Shown piece by piece: positions 1 through 6,955 of a stretch of DNA of 36,798 nucleotides. Under the pieces are notes generated by a model. The model did not search any database and was not told the origin of the DNA. It saw nothing but the letters and a program-made list of their open reading frames with translations. This DNA is from a virus (lineage: Duplodnaviria; Caudoviricetes). Every line of letters begins with the position of its first letter. Positions within the stretch are counted from its first letter, which is position 1. Position numbers and translations under genes: made by a program. The DNA is taken from positions 1 to 36,798 of the IMG/VR virus record IMGVR_UViG_3300005573_000186, one strand, 5' to 3'.

Positions 1-2
1 TT

Positions 3-374
3 CCTTACGATAGTTATATTTCCTGTTGTAGGAAAATAACATGTTTAGATATTGATTTGGGGTTTAGTGTAAACCAGCCGTGTGAAATTCATCATACTAA
101 GGTGCTTCGACCAGGCTGTCAATGGACTCACGAAGGTTGCCGAGCTTTCCTTGAGTGGCGACCTGGTGAGAATGCTTATGATGGTTATATCGAGGTGTTT
201 CAACAATTAGCGCAAGATTTAATGGAAAGTTGGAATCAAGCAGTAGTAGAAGCCGCTGCCTCACAAGCAGGTGAGATATATACAGCAACAGTACTTTCTG
301 ATGTATATTTATTTGAAAAGCAACAAGAGCAAATCACAAAAACAAAACCTTCACGGAAGTTAAAAGTTAATTGA
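3..374 (+). CDS. Hypothetical protein, 5'-truncated by the window edge
   Basis: The frame of ORF 57..374 is open back to position 3 (PYDSYISCCRKITCLDID...), so the TTG at 57 is probably not the start. Confidence 0.65.
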   Translation, partial: PYDSYISCCRKITCLDIDLGFSVNQPCEIHHTKVLRPGCQWTHEGCRAFLEWRPGENAYDGYIEVFQQLAQDLMESWNQAVVEAAASQAGEIYTATVLSDVYLFEKQQEQITKTKPSRKLKVN

Positions 375-601
375 TTGGAGGAGCTTAATAAAAAAATGAT
401 ATAACCCTCTATTGCCAGGAGTGGCTAAAAACCAGTCGAGACCTTCGGGTTTCCGAGATCGAAAATGTGCCTAAGCTGCTCCGTGGGAGAGGCAAAACGA
501 GGGGAAACAAGGCCAAGTCAGGTGTGGGAAATGCCTATAAAAATCAAAATGCTTTTAACGAACAGTGCAATTAACAGCATTAAAAATCGTGAAACCTTCT
601 G

Positions 602-716
602 AGACGGCCAGAAATGCCCAGTTTTGAGATTTTTGGACTTGGTCCATATCCTTTTGGACTTGGTCCATATCTATGTATTGCCAGTCCAAATATCGGTTCA
701 AATTGGGCTATTTCTG
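602..716. repeat. Dispersed dyad element, copy A (94-bp unit plus an internal 21-bp duplication); long imperfect inverted repeat
   Basis: AGACGGCCAGAAATGCCC...GATTTTTG...GTATTG...TATCG..TCAAA...GGCTATTTCTG aligns without gaps to 32338-32431 once the duplication is removed. Arms about 603-642 and 681-722 are near reverse complements. Confidence 0.85.
631..671. repeat. Tandem direct repeat TTTTGGACTTGGTCCATATC x2 (period 21)
   Basis: Exact 20-mer at 631-650 and 652-671. Confidence 0.95.
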
Positions 717-726
717 GCGGTCGCTA

Positions 727-1656
727 TCATGCAATTTTTGAGATCTTTTTGACCCAGTATCGTTCCTTGACTGCATACTGGGCTTGAATATCTTTTGGAA
801 CTTTATATCTTGTAGTCTCTCTCCATGTACCAGTGATCAAAAAATCACCAACCACGGCCTTGTCCAGTTCCTTAACTTTCTCTGATATTAACTTATCTAT
901 CTCTTCAAATTCTTTTGCAATGGGCTTAAGCTCCCAGTATTTCTGTAATAGTTCTGCCATCTCAGTATCGTCTATAATATTCAATTCCTCTCGCCTAATT
1001 TCTGGAACGCAGATATGCTCATACTCGCAATTAGCACAGATAGAATCGTCATTGATGCGGTCTGGAAGAGTGTTATTAGCTACATGGTTATTTATTTGTT
1101 CGGCTTTTTTAATAAGTTCTTCTCCAAAATCATAATCCAATTGGACCCAAATCTCTTTATATGCTCCACTTGATTTGTCTTTCAGTAACATGACCCCTTG
1201 CTCCTTTTCATCCAGGAGCAAGTACAAAATCATCTGAGCTGGATATTGTCTAAGATAAGCCCATTTAGCTTTCTTCATATCGTCAAGGGTATTGATTTTA
1301 GAGAATACCGCAGGGCTCATTGATTTTATTTCGATCGGATAAGCTTTAGTGCCCACAAGGATCTTGCCGTCAATATGCCCTGTGATGTTATACTCTTTCC
1401 AAAAAAAGTCCTTCTGTTGCTCAATTACAACAAACCCTGCCTCTTGCAGATCTCTAATTGCCTGCTTTTCATACTCTTCTCCAATTTCAAATCTTAGGAT
1501 CAAATCAGCAGAGGGCACCTTTTTATCCATCCACCGTGTTCTCTCATAGACAAGATACCGCAGGCATGGGTGGCCCAATTTGCTTGCTCTGTTAGTGTGG
1601 ACTGGATATACTCTTGCCTTTGCCTGTTTTGCTTCCATGATCTTTTCTACTAACAT
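727..1656 (-). CDS. Cas4-like PD-(D/E)XK exonuclease
   Basis: GHIDG...IEIKS catalytic motif, YxxQxxxY motif, and one N-terminal Cys (HPCLR) plus a CANCEYEHIC triad, the 1+3 Fe-S ligand pattern of the Cas4/AddB family. SD AAGGAGG. Confidence 0.8.
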   Translation of the reverse strand: MLVEKIMEAKQAKARVYPVHTNRASKLGHPCLRYLVYERTRWMDKKVPSADLILRFEIGEEYEKQAIRDLQEAGFVVIEQQKDFFWKEYNITGHIDGKILVGTKAYPIEIKSMSPAVFSKINTLDDMKKAKWAYLRQYPAQMILYLLLDEKEQGVMLLKDKSSGAYKEIWVQLDYDFGEELIKKAEQINNHVANNTLPDRINDDSICANCEYEHICVPEIRREELNIIDDTEMAELLQKYWELKPIAKEFEEIDKLISEKVKELDKAVVGDFLITGTWRETTRYKVPKDIQAQYAVKERYWVKKISKIA

Positions 1657-1693
1657 CTCTACCTCCTTCTTTTAGTAATGTTTATTGGGAAAT

Positions 1694-2149
1694 CTAAATT
1701 GTTCCATAATCAATTGTGCGTTTAACATGCCACTTGAATTTATCTGGCTTTGATTTAATCATGTTTTCAATTTGTGATTTATAAGCTGAGGGTTGATTAT
1801 GAGAATTGCAGTTAGCACAAAAAGCCATGGTGATATACCACCTTCTTAGTTCAGGGGAATAGAATTCATATTCAAATAACCCTTTTCCTCCGCAGTCAGG
1901 ACAATCTTCTGCGTGTATCCAATCAATCTTTTGGTGATTGTTCTTCAACCAATCTTTGTATTTTTCTTTTAATTGGGCTGGGGTGTATAACTTCCCATTG
2001 TTGTCAATCATGTAGGACAAGATGTCCTTAAGTGGCTCAAAGGGTATGTCTTCTGTTGCTTTTAAATATCTTTCAAGCTTAGCAGATGGAACACTACCAA
2101 AGAACTCAAGTGCCTCTTTTATTACTTTTTTGCGGTCTTCTTCTAACAT
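1694..2149 (-). CDS. Zn-finger protein, possibly a replication accessory or helicase loader
   Basis: CPDCGGKG and CANC pairs. Lies directly downstream of the initiator-like gene. Confidence 0.55.
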   Translation of the reverse strand: MLEEDRKKVIKEALEFFGSVPSAKLERYLKATEDIPFEPLKDILSYMIDNNGKLYTPAQLKEKYKDWLKNNHQKIDWIHAEDCPDCGGKGLFEYEFYSPELRRWYITMAFCANCNSHNQPSAYKSQIENMIKSKPDKFKWHVKRTIDYGTI

Positions 2150-2150
2150 A

Positions 2151-2810
2151 TCAATCCTCCAGTTCTACATCAAGTTTGTCTTCCCATCGCCCTTGGTTTA
2201 ACCAGGTCGCTGGGTAAGGGATGAACTTCCCACGGTCTTTTTTCCAATCATATGAGGCTTTCTGTTTGTCCAAAGCCTCCCAGATCTTGAAAATTAAATC
2301 ATAAGAAGGTTTAAGTTTCATCCATGCCCTCAATGCGGCTTGCTTTGCTTTCTTTTTGGGATACCGTTTCCAGAACTCATTGAACTCTTGCAGGAGATCT
2401 TCATCTGTTATGTCTTTAGTTTCTTGTGGGGTTTTTTTGGCTTTAGGTTTCGTTTTTGGGTTTTGCTTTGGCGGTGGTAATTGTTTTGGTGGGAAAACTG
2501 ATTGCAGATCAATTACTTTCTGCGGTGGGTTTATTGTTTCTCCTGCGGGTTGCTCTAATGATTCCTGAGGTTCTGAGCTTGGCGGTTGCCGTTCTTGGGA
2601 GTTCTCTACTGGTAAATAATCTAAGATTCGTTGTTGTAGATAATCGCTATCTATTTTGTAGCACGTTATCGTATTATCGCCTGTAGCATCTATTACCAAA
2701 ACAACCACGATTTGCTTTTGGCGAATAGTATCCATCATTGCTCCTATCAGCAATAATTTTCCTTGTAATTTTAGCACTTCAGTATTATAGTTTACTTGGT
2801 GCCCCTCCAC
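2151..2810 (-). CDS. Phage replication initiator / replisome organiser-like protein
   Basis: C-terminal FNEFWKRYPKKKAKQAALRAW...FIPYPATWLNQGRWED domain typical of phage initiators, with a Pro/Gln linker. GTG start lies 7 nt after AAGGAGGT. Confidence 0.75.
   Translation of the reverse strand: MEGHQVNYNTEVLKLQGKLLLIGAMMDTIRQKQIVVVLVIDATGDNTITCYKIDSDYLQQRILDYLPVENSQERQPPSSEPQESLEQPAGETINPPQKVIDLQSVFPPKQLPPPKQNPKTKPKAKKTPQETKDITDEDLLQEFNEFWKRYPKKKAKQAALRAWMKLKPSYDLIFKIWEALDKQKASYDWKKDRGKFIPYPATWLNQGRWEDKLDVELED
2763..2791 (+). promoter_or_regulatory. Sigma70-type promoter, antisense to the initiator gene
   Basis: TTGTAA (2763-68), 17-bp spacer, TATAGT (2786-91). Confidence 0.55.
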
Positions 2811-2825
2811 CAGTCCTACCTCCTT

Positions 2826-2876
2826 GACGAGGAACCAGGGTGTGCAGTACGTCGCCCTGGTTCTTCGTTTTATTTT
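2826..2876 (+). terminator. Intrinsic terminator on the + (antisense) strand
   Basis: 16-bp stem ACGAGGAACCAGGGTG / CGCCCTGGTTCTTCGT, followed by TTTATTTT. Both imperfect pairs are G-U on + but A-C on -. Confidence 0.7.
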
Positions 2877-3340
2877 AGGTTATATTTGATTCCCCAATAC
2901 GCTACAAGAATAGCCTCACATTTGTTGTGATCCTTCTTGCGAGTAATCTGTATCGTTGGGAAAAGGTGCCTGACCATGAGAACTGAGGCCTCTTTGTCAT
3001 GGCTAAGCCCCAGGCCCTTCTTCCACTTTTGAGGTGAAACTTCGATTACCGAACACCCGATCGTTAAAAGACAGCCCAAGATCATGCCATAATTTTTCAT
3101 ATAATTCCCAGAGCTTACAATGCCTTGTTGAGGCATTACTTGAGCTTTTTCCAAGAAGACACAGTGGGCCTCATGAGGAGAACATATAGAAACAATTTCC
3201 TTAAGGTCCACCTCTTTGCGTTTTCCCGCTTGGATGATCGGCATGTCGAAGGTTTTAATAACGTCAGGGTGCTGGCTTGGGGTATATTCAAGTACTGCTA
3301 TAGCACCCTGAAACCCTGGATCAATGCCTACGATCCTCAT
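2870..3340 (-). CDS. RuvC-like Holliday junction resolvase
   Basis: IVGIDPGxxGAIA, VFLEK, VSPQKWKK and DHNKCEAILVA motifs. Confidence 0.85.
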   Translation of the reverse strand: MRIVGIDPGFQGAIAVLEYTPSQHPDVIKTFDMPIIQAGKRKEVDLKEIVSICSPHEAHCVFLEKAQVMPQQGIVSSGNYMKNYGMILGCLLTIGCSVIEVSPQKWKKGLGLSHDKEASVLMVRHLFPTIQITRKKDHNKCEAILVAYWGIKYNLK

Positions 3341-3342
3341 TA

Positions 3343-3444
3343 TTATTTAACTCGTTCTACTGTGATAAGAACAAGGCGTTCAAAACTGGTTAGTGGCCTA
3401 TAAGGAAACAATATAGATAAGATCTTTTCTATGATAGCTTTCAT
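3343..3444 (-). CDS. 33-aa micro-ORF (MKAIIEKILSILFPYRPLTSFERLVLITVERVK)
   Basis: ATGA overlap with the stop of 3441..4262. Fills the gap to the RuvC start. Not in the ORF track. Confidence 0.5.
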   Translation of the reverse strand: MKAIIEKILSILFPYRPLTSFERLVLITVERVK

Positions 3445-4262
3445 TCTTTACCCCCTGATGCCCATTCGCATGCTCTTTCGTATTGCGATTTGAGCATGTC
3501 TTTGGTGCTTTCAAGGCCAATACTTTTTAAATACTCTTTAATTTCATCATCTGTTTTCCCTGATGCCTTCGCAAGAGCAAAGAAGCGTTTGCGTTGTGGC
3601 TCTGTGATATATTCTAATTCTCCGTTTTGGGATGGCGATTCTGCAGGCATGGCATGATCAGATACTTGGGATGCAACATGTTTCGGCGGAGGCTCTGCTG
3701 GGAAGGATGGCCGTTTGCGATACTCAATTTTCTGGATTCTTGCAACATCAAGACCTGCTGTTTTGAGATCGTCGTAGCTTAAATTTCTAATGCCAAGGAG
3801 TCTCGTAATCCCGTTGCCGAGCAAGTTAGTGTACGCAGCTTTCTGTACATCCGCTCTGTCAATTTCTGATGGAGGTAATTCTATGCGTTCATTATTTTCA
3901 TACTTGTACTTCTTAAAAAAGCCATCTTTGCTTGATCTACTTCCAATTGCCTCAATGGTTACCCCGCCGAGGCTAAAATAACCTTTGTATGTGTACCTGA
4001 AATGTCCACCCTCTTCATGCTCAATTTCAGGTGGATCTATCCTCCAACTTATGCCAAATAGTCTCGCAACTTTTTCTGCCCCACTTGTCTGTAAGTAGGG
4101 CTTACCGTTTTGATCTACCCAATCTGCCTCATTAGTTACTGCAAGCACAAGCTGTTTGATCTTCTTGATAGCCTCAATTCTTTTCTCGGCCTCCTGGGCC
4201 ACTTTGAGAAGGCTATCACTTAAAATTAACTCATTACTCCCCATTTCGATTACCTCATTCAT
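3441..4262 (-). CDS. Putative single-strand annealing protein (Rad52/Redbeta/Erf-like superfamily)
   Basis: GKPYLxxSGAEKVARLFG motif, Pro-rich linker and C-terminal ITEPQRKRFFAL helical domain. Co-operonic with the exonuclease and resolvase. Confidence 0.6.
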   Translation of the reverse strand: MNEVIEMGSNELILSDSLLKVAQEAEKRIEAIKKIKQLVLAVTNEADWVDQNGKPYLQTSGAEKVARLFGISWRIDPPEIEHEEGGHFRYTYKGYFSLGGVTIEAIGSRSSKDGFFKKYKYENNERIELPPSEIDRADVQKAAYTNLLGNGITRLLGIRNLSYDDLKTAGLDVARIQKIEYRKRPSFPAEPPPKHVASQVSDHAMPAESPSQNGELEYITEPQRKRFFALAKASGKTDDEIKEYLKSIGLESTKDMLKSQYERACEWASGGKE

Positions 4263-5037
4263 TCTCCTTACCTCCTTCTGTGTAGTTTATATAGTCCAGT
4301 GTGGTTTCTAACCACACGGATCTATCTGGTGGCAAGTATAAAACATCTGTTGGTTTTGTGGCTAATACGCATTTGAGGTAATTGTCTATATCCATTTGGC
4401 TATCTTTATCGGTGAGTCTAAATCCATCATCTGGGATCTCATAATCGTCATCTGGGATAGGACAAAATATAATTAGATCATAGTTTTTTGAGTAGGTCAA
4501 TAGGATCTTTTTGGCTAATTCATGCAAGGTAGGGCTATCAAAGATACGATACAACCAGCAATAGGCCAGAATGTCCAGCACAGAACGATCCGCAACAAAA
4601 GCCTTATGCGTGGCCTCTTTTTCGATTTGTTTATTTAAGATTTCAGCCTGGATCTCTGCTTTATCTGGATGGCAAACAATATAGGAGCAATCTGAAACAT
4701 ATTGTGAAATCACTTCTCTTGCTGTTTCTGTTAAAAGAGGGAGCTTTAGGGTTTTGGAAAGCTGTCTTGCAAGGGTTGTTTTACCAACCCCGTGTGCGCC
4801 TGAAATTGCGATCCGCCGATAGTGACTATGATTTTGTGCTATCTGCGTTGGTTCGATCCCCAAAGCATTAACGAGCTTGAGAACAGATCGCCTGCTGGGT
4901 AGGGCCCTGCCTGTTTCCCATTCCCAAACAGCTTGGCGACTTACCCCGCAGTGTGTTGCTATTGCCTGTAGTGACAATCCCTTAAGGCGTCTTAACTGTT
5001 TCAAGGCCGAAGGAGAAAAGTCTGTATATACTGACAT
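4255..5037 (-). CDS. XRE-family HTH fused to a NadR/Ttd14-type (AAA_28) P-loop kinase
   Basis: LKQLRRLKGLSLQAIATHCGVSRQAVWEWETG (HTH); IAISGAHGVGKTTLA (Walker A); DRSVLDILAY; DDGFR. Start moved to the ATG at 5037 after AAAGGAGG. Confidence 0.85.
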   Translation of the reverse strand: MSVYTDFSPSALKQLRRLKGLSLQAIATHCGVSRQAVWEWETGRALPSRRSVLKLVNALGIEPTQIAQNHSHYRRIAISGAHGVGKTTLARQLSKTLKLPLLTETAREVISQYVSDCSYIVCHPDKAEIQAEILNKQIEKEATHKAFVADRSVLDILAYCWLYRIFDSPTLHELAKKILLTYSKNYDLIIFCPIPDDDYEIPDDGFRLTDKDSQMDIDNYLKCVLATKPTDVLYLPPDRSVWLETTLDYINYTEGGKENE

Positions 5038-5062
5038 TTTGCCTCCTTTCAGGGTTTCCCAT

Positions 5063-5149
5063 AATGTGTAACAGCTTTTTATAAATGTCAAGGACTTTTT
5101 TGCATCTTATAAAAAAAAGCTTGACACATGGGTTTGGGATGAGTAAATA
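5063..5149. promoter_or_regulatory. Back-to-back divergent promoter region
   Basis: Perfect TTGACA on - (5091-5086) and on + (5121-5126), within an inverted repeat TGTCAAG..TTTTTT / AAAAAA..CTTGACA. The -10 boxes are weak. Confidence 0.6.
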
Positions 5150-5174
5150 CAAAGAAAAACATGGAGGTGCTGTG

Positions 5175-5897
5175 ATGGAAGATACAGATCTTGTCACTGA
5201 AACCCCACAAGAGCCCGAAAGCCCACAAGAGTCCCAGGAATCCACGCCCCGCAGGAAGCCAGGCAGGCCCAAAGGTAGTAGAGATTCAAGGCCACGCAAA
5301 CCCATGCGCAAACGGAGAAAAAAGTATGCCGAAGACCAGGGAGAAAAGAAGACCCTCGCACATCAAGTTTTCAAAAAAGCCAACAAGAGACTTACCATTT
5401 ATGAAAAAGTAGCACGTTATCGTGGTTATAGATATAAGCTTACTTGTGCAGAGATGGCACGTAGGCTTGGGATCAAGCCTGCAACATTTGCAAGGAAGGC
5501 CAGGACTGAAGGCATAACTGCTGTTGATATGAAAAAAATACTTAACTATGACCTTCCTGGTATAGTGCTAAATAACAAGGGTATGTGTCCATTTCTCACA
5601 GAAGGTGGGCGCATACTTAAGCTTGAAGGATATAAGATGGCTGTAAAGCCTGATAAAACTGTGGTTCTAATTGAGGAACCGCCACAAGAGGAGGTGATAC
5701 AGGAAATAGCAGAAGAGAAACAATGCGTGTTTTGCGGAGTTCGTGAAGGGGAAGAATCAATTTCCCCAAAGACTGGTGAAGGCTGGCATTTGACTGGCAA
5801 GGGTTGCATCCGTATAGAAAAGAACAGATGGATTTGTTATCAATGCTGTTCTGAATGTTGGATGCATGATTCATGCCCTGACAAACATCCATTCTAA
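5175..5897 (+). CDS. DNA-binding protein (AT-hook, HTH-like segment, C-terminal Cys-rich domain)
   Basis: RRKPGRPKGS; LTCAEMARRLGIKPATFARK; CVFC...CYQCCSEC...C. ATG at 5175 follows GGAGGT. Confidence 0.7.
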   Translation: MEDTDLVTETPQEPESPQESQESTPRRKPGRPKGSRDSRPRKPMRKRRKKYAEDQGEKKTLAHQVFKKANKRLTIYEKVARYRGYRYKLTCAEMARRLGIKPATFARKARTEGITAVDMKKILNYDLPGIVLNNKGMCPFLTEGGRILKLEGYKMAVKPDKTVVLIEEPPQEEVIQEIAEEKQCVFCGVREGEESISPKTGEGWHLTGKGCIRIEKNRWICYQCCSECWMHDSCPDKHPF

Positions 5898-5911
5898 AAA
5901 AGGAGGTAGGC

Positions 5912-6115
5912 ATGGCAAAAGTAATGTATGGCCCAGCATATGTAGTTATCATGCACATACCTAAGGGGATTGATCCACTTATGGCCTTCAAGCAAATCTA
6001 CCCAAACAGTTCCTGCGAAGGCTTACAGCTTGTTGCAACCACCGAAACCGAAGTTGTGTATAAAGCATTAGCTGTGGACAAACTAAGAACTAACACAAAG
6101 GAGGTATCTCTATGA
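5912..6115 (+). CDS. Hypothetical protein
   Basis: SD AAGGAGGT. ATGA overlap with the next gene. Confidence 0.7.
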   Translation: MAKVMYGPAYVVIMHIPKGIDPLMAFKQIYPNSSCEGLQLVATTETEVVYKALAVDKLRTNTKEVSL

Positions 6116-6447
6116 CTATGTATTTGCTTGAGACCACTATCTTACCTAATATCGGGACTTACAAATTATCTAATGTTACCTTTGAAGAAGCAAGGGAGAT
6201 AGCATCACAAGCGGTTAGTGCTATCTGGTGTGAACCCCTTGCAAGATATTTAAGCGAATTATTAGAACTTCCAATCTCTGTACAGAAGACAGTAAAAATG
6301 GACCCTGGGGATATTGCGCTGATCTTCACAGTTTATTGCAGAACGTCGTTTATGCAAGATTTGACACTTAAAGAATTGCCGACATGTCCAGCTGAAAAGC
6401 TTTTGGAATGCCCATTTAGCCTATTCAAGCTTGAGCGGATTGAGTAG
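6112..6447 (+). CDS. DUF1874 (STIV B116/YddF, AcrIII-1-like) protein with altered active site
   Basis: MYLLxTTILPxxGTY...TFEEARE...VSAIxxxxLAxYLSELL...MDPGDxALIF...R...FxLxKLER matches the family pattern and length. SAIGH is replaced by SAIWC. Confidence 0.8.
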   Translation: MTMYLLETTILPNIGTYKLSNVTFEEAREIASQAVSAIWCEPLARYLSELLELPISVQKTVKMDPGDIALIFTVYCRTSFMQDLTLKELPTCPAEKLLECPFSLFKLERIE

Positions 6448-6464
6448 GCCGAAGGAGGAAGCTA

Positions 6465-6869
6465 ATGGTCGAGAGAGAGCCTATCAAAAAAATCTGCCCC
6501 TGGTGTCATAAAGAGTTCGAGACAACAAATCCACGGGTTAAGTTTTGTTCCAAGGCCTGCTACAGGAAGGCAAACAACGCAAAGCACAGGAGTCAGGAAG
6601 TTGTATGCCAAATCTGTGGCAAAGTATTTTATGGAGCGCCAAACTACAAGTATTGTAGTGATGAATGCAAAAAGATTGGGGTTACCCGTATGATAGAAGA
6701 AAGGCGCAAAAAGAAGCAAACAGGTCGCTACTATATTTGCCCTCGGTGCAAAAAAAAGCACAAGCAAGGAAATAAACGCATAGATAGCAAGTGGCAGTAC
6801 TGCAAGACTTGTAGATATATAGTTGATTATACCTCAAACTATGATGAGAATTGGATCTATATGGTTTAA
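6465..6869 (+). CDS. Repeated Zn-finger protein
   Basis: Two CxxCxKxF...(F/Y)CSxxC units plus CPRC...CKTC. SD AAGGAGG. Confidence 0.8.
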   Translation: MVEREPIKKICPWCHKEFETTNPRVKFCSKACYRKANNAKHRSQEVVCQICGKVFYGAPNYKYCSDECKKIGVTRMIEERRKKKQTGRYYICPRCKKKHKQGNKRIDSKWQYCKTCRYIVDYTSNYDENWIYMV

Positions 6870-6908
6870 CTGATAACAAAAAGGGATAATTCAAAGTAAC
6901 AATTACTG

Positions 6909-6955
6909 CTCTCTGCCTGGAGGGGAGGATTGGAGATCTTCAGGCAGAGGGTTTT
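6909..6955 (+). terminator. Intrinsic terminator between convergent operons
   Basis: CTCTCTGCCTGGAGG / TCTTCAGGCAGAGGG stem followed by TTTT. Confidence 0.7.

Noticed and set aside
376-602. Small gene or frameshifted pseudogene after GGAGG at about 377
   Set aside because: No start codon is suitably placed, and the open stretches lie in different frames (ITLYCQEW... and MCLSCSVG...). A decayed gene is possible but unsupported.
631-671. Mini-CRISPR array next to the Cas4-like gene
   Set aside because: The two 20-mers are separated by 1 bp, so there is no spacer. It is a tandem duplication.
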